IMG/VR virus record: IMGVR_UViG_3300027749_000147
Span: 1 to 52,371 of that record
Reading direction: 5' to 3' (one strand)
Origin: a virus
Taxonomy: Duplodnaviria; Caudoviricetes
Length of the DNA stretch: 52,371 nucleotides
The first letter of the stretch is position 1; each line of letters starts with the position of its first letter. Positions 36,757 through 46,410 of the stretch are shown here, in pieces. The notes beneath the pieces were generated by a model. The model was not told the DNA's origin and searched no databases. It was given only the letters and a program-made list of their open reading frames with translations. The translations under genes were made by a program, and so were the position numbers.

Positions 36757-37013
36757 TACTTCTTACCTTTAACCTTCTTAGCCAAGGCAGCGTCCTTCTT
36801 AGCATCAGCAGCTCTAGACATAGGCTTCTTTTCCATCTTCTTGTCTTCTTTAGCAAACTTAGCCTTCTGAAGAGGTGACATACCTTTTGTTGCTTTAGCA
36901 TCTTGCTTAGCGTCAGCCTTCTTATCGCACGCTCCTGAGTGAGACTTACTGCACTTACCGCACTTGCTTGTTGGCTTGCAGGCACATTTTGCCTTGCCAC
37001 ATTTCTTACACAT
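36756..37013 (-). CDS. small Cys-rich, Lys-rich protein (85 aa)
   Basis: Start at ATG 37013 with a GGAG SD. MCKKCGKAKCAC...CGKC..H...C, then Lys/Ala-rich helices. Confidence 0.7.
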   Translation of the reverse strand: MCKKCGKAKCACKPTSKCGKCSKSHSGACDKKADAKQDAKATKGMSPLQKAKFAKEDKKMEKKPMSRAADAKKDAALAKKVKGKK

Positions 37014-37020
37014 ATCTCTC

Positions 37021-37587
37021 CTAGCCAGCGTAATACTGGAATTGTGGGTCATTAACTAGTTCTTCAGGCATAATCTGCTGACAATCAAAAGTGAGCAGTG
37101 TGTACCTCTCATTAATAATACCAGCATAATTGTTCTTAAGCGCGCGATAAACTTGGCTTTTCCAAACAATTCTGTCTCTATTTAGAGGGTCTGGACTCTC
37201 ACTATTTAATGGGTCTAACTTATATAGCATCTCTGGAATAAGGTCAATAATCACATCATGGTCAATAGTTAGGTGCAATCTATCTGAGTTGTAGAAACCT
37301 TGTTGAACCATGTTAGTTGAACCTTGACCAAGCACCGCTCTAATTACAGGAATCTTAACAGGCTCTAACCACTTACGACCACCACTACCATCATAGGTTA
37401 TGGAACCGACATCATAGATAGGGTCAATCTGGGTAGACGTTGCATCAGCATCATTGTGCGGTTTCCAGACATACCAGTCAATAGTAGTACCTACTGGGTT
37501 AGTAAGGTCTTTAGTAATGGCGTCGTGAATCTCATTGGTTTCCCAATCAGAACTAAAACGCCCACCTGGGGTATACGGTCTACTCAT
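37021..37587 (-). CDS. head closure / neck protein
   Basis: DPIYD, GFY..D.L, DRIVW...VY; position after the adaptor and fibre genes. Confidence 0.6.
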   Translation of the reverse strand: MSRPYTPGGRFSSDWETNEIHDAITKDLTNPVGTTIDWYVWKPHNDADATSTQIDPIYDVGSITYDGSGGRKWLEPVKIPVIRAVLGQGSTNMVQQGFYNSDRLHLTIDHDVIIDLIPEMLYKLDPLNSESPDPLNRDRIVWKSQVYRALKNNYAGIINERYTLLTFDCQQIMPEELVNDPQFQYYAG

Positions 37588-37685
37588 TAGCGAACCTGTA
37601 AACTGGTTCTATCTATCATAATCCCACGACAGCAAGCCGCGTAATCTTCACAGTCCTGTGTTGGACAACCTGTTCTACACGCCAT
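37587..37685 (-). CDS. 32-aa Cys-rich micropeptide
   Basis: MACRTGCPTQDCEDYAACCRGIMIDRTSLQVR; TAATG overlaps at both ends. Confidence 0.65.
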   Translation of the reverse strand: MACRTGCPTQDCEDYAACCRGIMIDRTSLQVR

Positions 37686-40600
37686 TATGACCACAAACCT
37701 GTCGCTGGGTAACGGTCTGCTGAAGATGTTCCAAGTTCAATTAGTGAAGCGTACGATTCACGGGCAATAGTCATTGTTGATGTACCAGAAACCGAAACTG
37801 TTGATAAGCCTAGTTTAGGTTGAAAGTATGAGCCAGTCGCACCAGTTCGCATAATTCCACGCAAAGTAAGTTTGAAGAATACTGATGTACCAGTTGTCAC
37901 AGAACCACCAACTTGATAGTTAGTATTTATTGCATTAACATACGAAGAATAGTTTGTTGTTGTTGCCCAGTTACCATTTGGTGAGGTTGCAAGTGAAGCC
38001 TGCATTACATCAAATCCAATATTTGTAACAGCATCACCAGTAATATATACACGAATACCAGTTGAAGTACTTGCAGTGTGGGTACAGTTGCCAACAAAGA
38101 CGTATTCTACATAGTAAGTTTTATTAATTCCAACAGTCACACCATTAGTTAAACCAAATGGGTCAATAAAGTTTGCTGCTGATGTTGTGCCAGCTGCACC
38201 AACTGCAGACAATGTTGCTGATGTTGTAGCGGTTAATGGTGAATACCACAAAGAAGGCGCTTGTGCGGTACTTTCAAGTTTTGTTACAGGTACTGAATTG
38301 GTAGTTAAATTTGCACCGTTTAAGTTTGTTAATGATGCGCCACTTCCTGAAAAGCTTGGGGCAGTAATAGTACCATTAGGACTTACGGAAGCAACTGCAG
38401 TACCGTTATTTTGTTGCCATTCTTGTAAATTTGCTAATGTAGATGTTACAACAATTTGACCACCAGTGCCAGAACCGTTTGTTTGATTTAGAGATGTTAC
38501 TTGAATAGTTGTTGCGCCAACTGAAGTTACTGTTGTCGGCGTTGCGCTATTAAAGTTTGCGTTAGAAAATCCAGATAATGTTACAGCCTGACCAACGACT
38601 AAACCAGTAGTTGAGCTGAAACCACTAATTGTATCGTAAGCCTGACCTATACCACCAGAATGGTTAGCGCTTAAACCCGTGAAAGTCAATGAACCAGCAG
38701 GTTTAATAATTAACGGGGCTACCGAAGTTGATAACGTAGTGATTGCAACTTGACTACTAGATGTAATACCACCAGTTCCAATAGTGGCAGTTGTAGCAGT
38801 TACAGTTGTAGCGGTAACTGCGTTAAAAGTTCCAGTACCTGTAAATGTAGCAGTTGTTCCAACTACCGTTGGTGCAGTAGCGGTTCCAAGAGCAGATATA
38901 GTTAACCCAGCAAATGTGGGAGTTGCAGCGGTTTGTAAGTTTTGAGTAAGTCCAATATTAATCTGGGAACCTGTAGTAGTTACGGTAGCACCGTTACTTG
39001 TTGCAACAGTGACTGCGCCTGTAGCACCTGCAAAAGATAACACACCAGCATTAGTAATAGTTACAGAGTCATTAAGGTTAACGGTTGTTGTAGATAATGA
39101 AATGCCAGAACCCGCAGTTAATGTAATTGCCTTAGCCGCAACTGCTCCCGAAGTAACTGTAAAGTTGGAGTTGTTAAACGATGAAATACCCGCAATAGTT
39201 GTAGACGCTAAGGTGTGGCTTCCAGAAGTAACACCTGTTACACGACCATAGGAGTCAACCGTAACGCCCTGTACAATGTTTGCAGAAGTATTTCCAGTGC
39301 TATTAATTTGACTAAACGAGGTTAAATCTAAGTTATTGGCGGTTGGGTTTAGGGTATTTCCAGAGGATTGAATAAGAAAACTACTGCCAGATTTAGTAAT
39401 ACCAACGCCAGCATTATAGGCTCCGCCAGCAGCAGCATCTACATAAGCTTTATTAGCAACATCTGTAGGAGCAGATGCGGTAGCAGTAACTGCCATAGCG
39501 GTAGCATTAACCGTTGTAGCGTTTATAGTTGTAGCAGTTAAAGTAGCAGCAGTTACAGTCGTTGCATTAACGGTTGTAGCAGTTACAGTTGTAGCGGATA
39601 CAGTAGCAAAAGTTCCAGTTCCATTAGTGGTTAAGTTGGAACTATTATCCATAGACCAGTTGTTTTGGTACACATTAGTTGGTGACGAAGGAGAACCAGT
39701 ACGCTCACCAATGTTAGGTCCACGCCGTAAAACAGTATTGCTACCGCCATCATAAAAACCAGTAGTGACACCATGAAGGAACGAAGCACCAGAAACACTT
39801 ACATAACTATTGCCATTGAAACTAGCACCATACTGCGGTGAAACAGTACCAGTAGTATCATCATTGTTTCCTGGGTAAGTTACAAGCGAATCAACTAGGA
39901 CAGGTACAGTAGCAGCAGAAGCTTTAAAACCAGCATAAGAACCACCACCAGAGTTACCGTTACGACCGTCACGGCGAGCATAACAACCATTAAAAGTAAT
40001 AGGACCATTGCCTGTGGCGTCAACATAGAAACCGTTATAGTTGCTTCTATCAGTTGTACAGCCCGTAAATACTGCGCCACCTGAACCAGCAGGGGAAGTA
40101 CCCCAAGAACCAGTTACATAAAAACCATGCTGACCAGACCACTCGGAACGGCAGTTAGTAAAAACAGTATTGGCGTTGTTTGAAATAAACCAGCCAGAAA
40201 CACCAGAGTACAAAGATTGACAACTAACAAAGTTAGAGTCCGACATGTTACCTACAGAGAAACCAAAGTTTCCACAAGACCTAGCAATGGTTTCTGTAAC
40301 ATACCAAGAGTAAGGTTTTTGTACACTAGAATCTGTACGAGTGTAGTTTCCTGCAGCAATACCGTTATGTGGCATGAACTGAACAGCAACATTGTGTATA
40401 ATAACTTCACGAACATTGCCTGTAGCGTAAATACCACGAATAGTTCCAGAGGAAATAGCAGAACCATCAATAGTTAGATTGGTGATTCGTTGACCAGTAG
40501 ACTCGTTAGCGTAACCACCTTCTTCTTTATCCAACATGCGGATAACGGCAGAACCACTGAAAGTAGAAGCAGCTTTAATCATTGAAGGTTGTGGCGTGCT

Positions 40601-40978
40601 TAAAGGTGCAGAGTTGTAAAAGACTCTGTTACCGTGTGTACCCTCAAGGGTAATAGTTGGGAGCAAAATAATAGGCGCGGTTACACGGAAAGTTTTAGCG
40701 GGAAACCAAACAATACCACCAGCAGGGCAAGCATTGATTGCATTCTGGATAGCCGTAGTATCATCTGTAGTACCATCACCTACAGCGCCATAATCAAGAA
40801 CATTGATAATGCTAAGGTTTGTGGTCCCTGCAATACCTTGTGGACCAGTTGCTCCAATAGTTCCCTGTGGACCAGTTGCTCCAATAGTTCCTTGTGGACC
40901 TACAGCCGTACCGCTAACAACTACTACAGAAGTAGCGGCAGGGTTTACAACAATAACTTCTTGAGTACTAACTGCCAT
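37685..40978 (-). CDS. fibre/spike with a collagen-like stub and a pectate-lyase-like parallel beta-helix (putative depolymerase)
   Basis: GPQG repeats; INVLDYGAVGDGTTDDT.AIQ.AI; beta-helix rungs; TVTAT pentapeptide runs; ANKAYVD. Confidence 0.82.
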   Translation of the reverse strand: MAVSTQEVIVVNPAATSVVVVSGTAVGPQGTIGATGPQGTIGATGPQGIAGTTNLSIINVLDYGAVGDGTTDDTTAIQNAINACPAGGIVWFPAKTFRVTAPIILLPTITLEGTHGNRVFYNSAPLSTPQPSMIKAASTFSGSAVIRMLDKEEGGYANESTGQRITNLTIDGSAISSGTIRGIYATGNVREVIIHNVAVQFMPHNGIAAGNYTRTDSSVQKPYSWYVTETIARSCGNFGFSVGNMSDSNFVSCQSLYSGVSGWFISNNANTVFTNCRSEWSGQHGFYVTGSWGTSPAGSGGAVFTGCTTDRSNYNGFYVDATGNGPITFNGCYARRDGRNGNSGGGSYAGFKASAATVPVLVDSLVTYPGNNDDTTGTVSPQYGASFNGNSYVSVSGASFLHGVTTGFYDGGSNTVLRRGPNIGERTGSPSSPTNVYQNNWSMDNSSNLTTNGTGTFATVSATTVTATTVNATTVTAATLTATTINATTVNATAMAVTATASAPTDVANKAYVDAAAGGAYNAGVGITKSGSSFLIQSSGNTLNPTANNLDLTSFSQINSTGNTSANIVQGVTVDSYGRVTGVTSGSHTLASTTIAGISSFNNSNFTVTSGAVAAKAITLTAGSGISLSTTTVNLNDSVTITNAGVLSFAGATGAVTVATSNGATVTTTGSQINIGLTQNLQTAATPTFAGLTISALGTATAPTVVGTTATFTGTGTFNAVTATTVTATTATIGTGGITSSSQVAITTLSTSVAPLIIKPAGSLTFTGLSANHSGGIGQAYDTISGFSSTTGLVVGQAVTLSGFSNANFNSATPTTVTSVGATTIQVTSLNQTNGSGTGGQIVVTSTLANLQEWQQNNGTAVASVSPNGTITAPSFSGSGASLTNLNGANLTTNSVPVTKLESTAQAPSLWYSPLTATTSATLSAVGAAGTTSAANFIDPFGLTNGVTVGINKTYYVEYVFVGNCTHTASTSTGIRVYITGDAVTNIGFDVMQASLATSPNGNWATTTNYSSYVNAINTNYQVGGSVTTGTSVFFKLTLRGIMRTGATGSYFQPKLGLSTVSVSGTSTMTIARESYASLIELGTSSADRYPATGLWS
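40836..40900 (-). repeat. 27-bp tandem repeat encoding GPQGTIGAT (collagen-like)
   Basis: tgtggaccagttgctccaatagttcc occurs twice, plus a partial third copy. Confidence 0.9.
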
Positions 40979-42033
40979 TATTCCACCGTAACTTGACGGT
41001 TAGCAAACAATAGACCACGTACATAAGTCTCATTGAATGACTCGTCAGCCTTGTAAATCTGCAAATCCCAGAAGCACTTAAGTGGCAGTTCAAGGGTTTG
41101 GTCGTGAGTAAGAGAAAGAGTTACCTTACCAAGAGCAACATCAGTAATAGTGCAAGTAATCTCAGCAGCAACTATGGGAGAACCTGGATAAGTTCTAGCC
41201 TGTGCTTTAACTAAATAACCAGTTAAATTAATTGGGAAGTCAAAAGGAACTGACCAAACATCACCTTGAGTAAGAACAATGTCGTAAATGCCCACGTTGC
41301 TTGGGAGCGGAGTGCGACCCTTAAGGTTGTTCTCAATGTAAACGCGCTCTGGTAGAGTGCTGTCGTCAATCTCTTTAGACATATACACAGGAACAAGTCG
41401 ATTAGTAGTACGAGATGTTCGGCGAAGAATACCCATCTCAATACGCCATAGACCAATGTTAAGGGCAGAGCATAGCTCTCGGTATTGTTCTTTACGCTGA
41501 CCAATAATATTAGATAACTGTTGAAAGCGCTGGCTACGGGGAATTTGAACACCATCAGGTGCAGAAATGTTAATATCAAACGCAGCATCTGTAGCAAGTG
41601 CCCATAGAGCCTCTACAACGGCTAGGAGAGCCACTGGGTACTCTTCTATTACTGGGATGTTAGCAATGGTCACTTCACTACCGTAAGCGTCTGTACGGTT
41701 CGTTGTGTGCTGTGTGACGGCTGTGTTTATAAAAGTAGTTAACTCAGTGTCAGTAAAATATCTCCATTGAGTTCCTGTCACAACAATTGCAGCCCCAGAA
41801 GCGGGCGCAGTAACAAAATGAATCATTCCTATTGATTCTTCAAGCGTAAAATCAGTAGGATTGGTCTTAGTAACGCCATTTACGGTAACTAATAGACCGT
41901 AAGCTGAAACAGGCTTAACGCCAATGTAAAAATCTTTAGTAGTACCATCACCAAGAAGGGTTTTGGTAAATTGTTGGGCATTATCGCCAAGTTCTAGACG
42001 AACTCTTGAAAGGAGGTCGGAAAGGACTGCCAC
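40978..42033 (-). CDS. head-tail adaptor/neck protein with an inserted beta module and a C-terminal BppU-like domain
   Basis: VRLELGD...YFTD.EL..F helical core; GDGTT..F insert; QGD......NLTGY...AQ.R...G.V.LSL...T...WDLQ C-terminus. Confidence 0.7.
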   Translation of the reverse strand: MAVLSDLLSRVRLELGDNAQQFTKTLLGDGTTKDFYIGVKPVSAYGLLVTVNGVTKTNPTDFTLEESIGMIHFVTAPASGAAIVVTGTQWRYFTDTELTTFINTAVTQHTTNRTDAYGSEVTIANIPVIEEYPVALLAVVEALWALATDAAFDINISAPDGVQIPRSQRFQQLSNIIGQRKEQYRELCSALNIGLWRIEMGILRRTSRTTNRLVPVYMSKEIDDSTLPERVYIENNLKGRTPLPSNVGIYDIVLTQGDVWSVPFDFPINLTGYLVKAQARTYPGSPIVAAEITCTITDVALGKVTLSLTHDQTLELPLKCFWDLQIYKADESFNETYVRGLLFANRQVTVE

Positions 42034-42060
42034 AAAAACTCCTTATATACGCTCTAATAA

Positions 42061-42095
42061 ATGATGCCCTATTTTTCAATAAAAATCAGGCTAAA
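42061..42095 (-). promoter_or_regulatory. TTTAG-N24-CATCAT promoter of the neck operon
   Basis: TTTAG-C-CTGATT-N17-CATCAT. Confidence 0.55.
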
Positions 42096-42122
42096 ACAGA
42101 AACAGCGGGCTACTGCCCGCTG
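42093..42122 (-). terminator. intrinsic terminator
   Basis: CAGCGGGC-AGTA-GCCCGCTG followed by TTTCTGTTTT. Confidence 0.8.
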
Positions 42123-42138
42123 CCTCCGACGCATATAC

Positions 42139-42507
42139 CTAGATGGTATTTGCTAGATAACCTTTATCTTTAAGGTGTAGAGCTAAATCGCGCTCTACCT
42201 GGTACTTTTGACCAGACTTAAAGGAATAAAAATTGCCTGCGCCAAATGTCATGCTTTCGATGTCTTCAACAACACGAATAGTGACTGTTTCGTCTGCAGC
42301 AGAGACAATTGTGGGCTCATCAACAATAACTTCAGCCCTATTAGGCTTAGTAGCGTCAATAACTTCAGTTTCTAAAGCTACTACCTTCTGTGCGGTAGCC
42401 ATTGCCATTTGATTTGCGCTTTCTTGAACTGCTTCAGCATTTTCCTGAATTAGTTTTTCGCGCAACTTGCCCGTTGCATCGGTGGGCTTTGCCTTTGATG
42501 TTGCCAT
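42139..42507 (-). CDS. hypothetical protein downstream of the capsid gene
   Basis: 122 aa, GGAG SD; C-terminal Y.F..G.KY.V...LA.HL...GY. Confidence 0.75.
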   Translation of the reverse strand: MATSKAKPTDATGKLREKLIQENAEAVQESANQMAMATAQKVVALETEVIDATKPNRAEVIVDEPTIVSAADETVTIRVVEDIESMTFGAGNFYSFKSGQKYQVERDLALHLKDKGYLANTI

Positions 42508-42534
42508 GAGTATTCTCCATTGTTAGTATCTGAT

Positions 42535-42566
42535 AAAAGTAGAGAGGGGGCTTACGCCCCCTCTCC
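42535..42566 (-). terminator. terminator/stabilising hairpin after the major capsid gene
   Basis: GGAGAGGGGGC-GTAA-GCCCCCTCTCT followed by ACTTTT. Confidence 0.75.
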
Positions 42567-42578
42567 GAGGGGTCTTAA

Positions 42579-43682
42579 TTAGTTGGTTTCTGCAACTACG
42601 ATTGCCTGGTCGGTGATTAGACCAAGACCGAAGATTGAGTACCATGCAAGTGCATGCTCACGTCCGAAGTCTAGGATACCACCATCGCGCAATTCCACAG
42701 GAAGTGAAATAGCGTGACCGAAAGCATTGTCGCCGATGAAGATAGCACCGTAACGGTCTGCGTTACCTGCACCAGTAAAGGTGTTAGGTGTTGCGTAACC
42801 ACCACCAGCAGCTACAGTTGGGTTGCTTACAGCAACGTCACCAGCGTATGATGTACCAGCACCACCTGGAACCTTGAGAACCTGAGTGGTTTCAATGAAC
42901 ACGGTGTCGTACAAACGACCGATTTCACCAAGCATGAAGTTACCAGGAGCGGCGTACTTCGTTACTTCGATGAATTCTGAGTTATCGCGTAGGCGACGGC
43001 TCTGATGGGGGTGAACAAACGCAACGTAGGTTTCGCCTAGTCTTGGGATGTTCTTGGTAGCCAATGTCTCAACAGCGTCCTTAACGGTACGAGTTGAAAG
43101 GAAGTAGTTACCAGTCATGTTTGCACGAGCGGTATTACCTGAACCAGTAGGAAGGTTACCGTATGCGTACAAGTTGTTACCAGCTGCGTTAGCAGTTGAT
43201 GAGTATAGACCTGAGCGGTCTTCACCGTAGAGCACAGAAGTTGCACCGTAAAGGGTGTCGCGTGAAATCTGGTCTAGGTAGATAGCCATGTTGCGACCTA
43301 GAAGACGTGAGGCAGAAGCCATAACATCATCAAAAGAAGCATTAAGCAATAGTTCCGAAACAGCAAGCGCGTAGCCGTGCTCCGAAACTGTAATGCTGAA
43401 CTGCTGTGCAGTCAAAGCATTTGTGCTCATACGTACACCTTCAACCAATGGCTGTGCGAAGCCAAGGTTGTTGTAACGCATGAAGTTAATCTGTAAACCT
43501 GGTGCAACACCAAGTTCGGTCTTCTTTACAGCAAACTGTTCAAAACGCAGGATTGGCATAGCCTGGAAAAGAATTTCCTTTGACCAAATCTGCTGAATTG
43601 CCTGAGTTAGCTGCGAGTTTGTGCCTGAATAGGCGGTTGGGGAAGCGGCGAGATTGCCAGTTCCTGTTAAAGCGCTAGCCAC
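42579..43682 (-). CDS. major capsid protein (N4-gp56-like, HK97 fold)
   Basis: G..INF.RY..L...L.EG, ITV.E.G, YVAFVHP.Q...LR, GEIGRL....FIET and D.GR...LAWY. Confidence 0.9.
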   Translation of the reverse strand: MASALTGTGNLAASPTAYSGTNSQLTQAIQQIWSKEILFQAMPILRFEQFAVKKTELGVAPGLQINFMRYNNLGFAQPLVEGVRMSTNALTAQQFSITVSEHGYALAVSELLLNASFDDVMASASRLLGRNMAIYLDQISRDTLYGATSVLYGEDRSGLYSSTANAAGNNLYAYGNLPTGSGNTARANMTGNYFLSTRTVKDAVETLATKNIPRLGETYVAFVHPHQSRRLRDNSEFIEVTKYAAPGNFMLGEIGRLYDTVFIETTQVLKVPGGAGTSYAGDVAVSNPTVAAGGGYATPNTFTGAGNADRYGAIFIGDNAFGHAISLPVELRDGGILDFGREHALAWYSIFGLGLITDQAIVVAETN

Positions 43683-43725
43683 GTGTGACTCCTATATATA
43701 GTGTGGTTAATGGGGTTAATGGGTA

Positions 43726-44508
43726 TTATCCGAACAATCCCTGTGAGCGACCTTGAGCATTAGGGCTCAATAGTTGCTGACGGTATTTTATGTATTCATT
43801 CATCGGCATGTCTGCAATATCTGCAGCACTAAACTGACGAGAGCCCGTCTCAATATCCATAGGTCCAGCAGCGGGAGTAGTAACTCTTGTTCCCGCCATA
43901 TCCCTTCGTGCAGTTTGCGTTGCTTGCTGCACACTATCTAGGATACGGGATGAGCGGTCTTTTAGTCCTTGAATACTCTGTTCGACTTCTTCGACTGAAC
44001 CGCCGCTAATCATGTCTACAAGTTCTGGGATGATGTTATCCCGTTCTTCTTCTAGACGAGCGTTGCGGTAGTTCTGAACTTCTGTGAACGCTTTCTCACG
44101 TTCCAGTAATGCAAAGGCACGCTCGCGCTCGTTGCGCTCACGTTCCAACTGCTCAGACCATTCCTGTTCTTTAACCTTAAGAAGGTCTCGAACTTCAAGT
44201 TCTTCCTCTTGCTTACGCTTAGCTTCTTCAGCGGCAGCAGTATTAGCTGCTTCCTCTTTAGCAGTTTTTTCTGCTAATTCAGCATCGCGGTCACGCTTAA
44301 TAGAATCAAGTTCTTCCTTGAGACTATTAATCTGAGGGTATAACTTATCTTTTTCCTGGCTTCGAACCCTTGCCAAATCTTCTTCTGTGTAGAATTTCTG
44401 ACCGTTCGACGAAGTAGCAGTAGGCACGTCAGCGCCCAGTTCTGCTACTGGAGCTACATTTACCTCAGAGGTAAATGCGTCTACATCTGCGTTTACAGAT
44501 ACATCCAT
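43726..44508 (-). CDS. capsid scaffolding protein
   Basis: YTEEDL..VR..EK long charged coiled coil; C-terminal I..M.M.EY..YR; lies between portal and capsid genes. Confidence 0.8.
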   Translation of the reverse strand: MDVSVNADVDAFTSEVNVAPVAELGADVPTATSSNGQKFYTEEDLARVRSQEKDKLYPQINSLKEELDSIKRDRDAELAEKTAKEEAANTAAAEEAKRKQEEELEVRDLLKVKEQEWSEQLERERNERERAFALLEREKAFTEVQNYRNARLEEERDNIIPELVDMISGGSVEEVEQSIQGLKDRSSRILDSVQQATQTARRDMAGTRVTTPAAGPMDIETGSRQFSAADIADMPMNEYIKYRQQLLSPNAQGRSQGLFG

Positions 44509-44592
44509 AATATTTCCTTAATGTTTATGGGTCGTTTTCCAAATATGCCTAAGCATGTATCCCGTATGACCAACCGATTGTTTATATACTTA

Positions 44593-44627
44593 ATTTTTCT
44601 ACTATTATGATAAAAAATCTACCTAAA
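44593..44627 (-). promoter_or_regulatory. TTTAG-N24-AAAAAT candidate promoter of the scaffold/capsid operon
   Basis: TTTAG-G-TAGATT-N17-AAAAAT. An alternative -10 CATAAT lies at 44604-44609. Confidence 0.45.
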
Positions 44628-44632
44628 GTAAA

Positions 44633-46366
44633 TTATTTTTCATAATCCGTTGGAGCTCTTCTATTAGGTAGAGTTGTTCCGTAGGCTTTTGTAACCAAGT
44701 CAACGCGCAGTTGTTGTTCTGCTACTTGGCTTTGGATTGCTGCTTCATCAAGAATTGGAGGCATACCTGGTGCAGGTGCTCCACCTTCAGTACCGCCAGG
44801 TGTACCCATATTTCCACCTAATGATGGGTCTACAGGAGTTGGTTGACCACCAAGTCCACCTGACAACATGCCTGTAAGTTCAGCAATCTGTTGTTCAATT
44901 TGAGTTTGTACAAGTTTCAACGCACCGTCAGCCTTAGCATCCTGCATTAATTCTGCGCGAATCTCATCAAGTTTTTCTTCTGGGAATTCTTCACCAAGAG
45001 TGCGTAGAGCACCAACTTTAGACTCAAGACCAAGAGACATCTTTGACTGCACTTCGTTGATGATAACCAATTTGTCAAGAGGTAGCGGTGGTGGGAAGTG
45101 AACGTAAGACTTGTAAGTTAATGGGTCATCAATGTTTAGCTGTACCGCTTCACCTGGAGATGGTGGAACTTGTTGAGTTGGGTCCCAGGTAAATGTCTCT
45201 GGTTCTTTTAGAGAAAGGTTTAATAGCACCAGTTCATTAATACGCTGAATACCGTACGCGTACTGAATAATCTTCTGGTGGTACTTGTTCATCAATGGCT
45301 GGAACTGTATAGAAAGAGCAACGCCAGATGTGTTAGAAATCTGCTGTGACATACCAAGAGCAGTCTCAGGAACACCAGTCATTTCGTGCATTGACTTCTT
45401 CATAAGGGCTAGGAAGTCCATAGCGCCCTTTAGACCCTGCGCTCCACCCTCAAGGTTCTCTACACGAGCATCTTTAGGAAGACCGCCCCAGACCTTGTTA
45501 GCACCTTTTTCTAGTTGGGAAGCCTTAGCACCAATGATTACAGTTACGGGAGCGGCATGGTAATTAACAATATCAGCAACGTCAGTAGCCACTTCATTAT
45601 AAGTACGGTTAATTGGAATAATATCGTGACAATCAGATAGACCCCAAGGAGAACCAGAAATACGCACATTAGGAATGTGAATAACTGGAATAGTACCAAG
45701 CGGGTTAGGGCGCGAATCAATAAGTTCATCGTTGATATATTCTTCAATAATGTCATCAGTCAAAATCTCCGTGTATGTAAAGACTTGACGAGTACCTTCT
45801 AGAGATGTTCCCCAGAATCGGTACTTGAGCTTAAATCTAATAAGCCTGTCGCGGTCATGCGGGTGGAACTCAGGGAAACAGAACGACGCGTTTAGCGGAA
45901 GGATTCTGACGCGACCTGGGTGTAGCCTGTTTACAGAGTCAACATATCCCTCTTCGTAAGCAACTTTGACGAAACAGTCACCTGATACACCGCCTTGTTG
46001 TCCCATTTCCCACAATACAGTAGGCTTGTTATTATCTACTTCCCAGACTCTTTCAAGAAGGTAGGGGACAATTGCTGCGGTTTCTTTAGGGCTAGTGAAG
46101 TTAACACCATTACCAAAAGCAAAGTTAATATTATAATCTGTGATAGCACGGTAATAGTTAAGAACCATCTGGGTCTCGCCAGCCTGACGGCGGTAAGATG
46201 TGTGGTGACCTAAGTACATAGCCCAGTTAAGAGAATAACGGTTTAGACGAGGACCGTGGACCTCAAATTCTTCATCTGCAAGTTCTACAAGACCAAGGGG
46301 AGAAATAGAGATAGTGAGGTCAGAAGAAGCCGACCTATAACTTGGGGGCGAAAAATCAACACTCAT
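44633..46366 (-). CDS. portal protein (SPP1-like)
   Basis: NY.RA..D, NPLG.IPV.HIPN, G.SD..DII.IN and SGVAL.I..QP. Confidence 0.9.
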   Translation of the reverse strand: MSVDFSPPSYRSASSDLTISISPLGLVELADEEFEVHGPRLNRYSLNWAMYLGHHTSYRRQAGETQMVLNYYRAITDYNINFAFGNGVNFTSPKETAAIVPYLLERVWEVDNNKPTVLWEMGQQGGVSGDCFVKVAYEEGYVDSVNRLHPGRVRILPLNASFCFPEFHPHDRDRLIRFKLKYRFWGTSLEGTRQVFTYTEILTDDIIEEYINDELIDSRPNPLGTIPVIHIPNVRISGSPWGLSDCHDIIPINRTYNEVATDVADIVNYHAAPVTVIIGAKASQLEKGANKVWGGLPKDARVENLEGGAQGLKGAMDFLALMKKSMHEMTGVPETALGMSQQISNTSGVALSIQFQPLMNKYHQKIIQYAYGIQRINELVLLNLSLKEPETFTWDPTQQVPPSPGEAVQLNIDDPLTYKSYVHFPPPLPLDKLVIINEVQSKMSLGLESKVGALRTLGEEFPEEKLDEIRAELMQDAKADGALKLVQTQIEQQIAELTGMLSGGLGGQPTPVDPSLGGNMGTPGGTEGGAPAPGMPPILDEAAIQSQVAEQQLRVDLVTKAYGTTLPNRRAPTDYEK

Positions 46367-46410
46367 CTAATTACCTCTCTGCTAAACAACTAAATGATAC
46401 CATAAAATAA

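Noticed and set aside
36746-37000. Alternative-frame minus-strand ORFs (also 1533-1736, 3897-4103, 41223-41597, 45544-45756)
   Set aside because: They lie almost entirely within better-supported genes and have no SD or recognisable motif.
39490-39610. TVTAT/TVNAT pentapeptide run as a DNA repeat element
   Set aside because: Degenerate at the DNA level and explained by a fibre shaft protein repeat.
16870-40978. Diversity-generating retroelement acting on the fibre genes
   Set aside because: No reverse transcriptase and no near-identical template/variable repeat pair differing at adenines was seen. The FN3 repeats are old and diverged.
43705-43723. CCCATTAAC tandem repeat upstream of the capsid gene
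   Set aside because: Only two 9-bp copies, not noticed elsewhere; compatible with chance or an unstructured leader.
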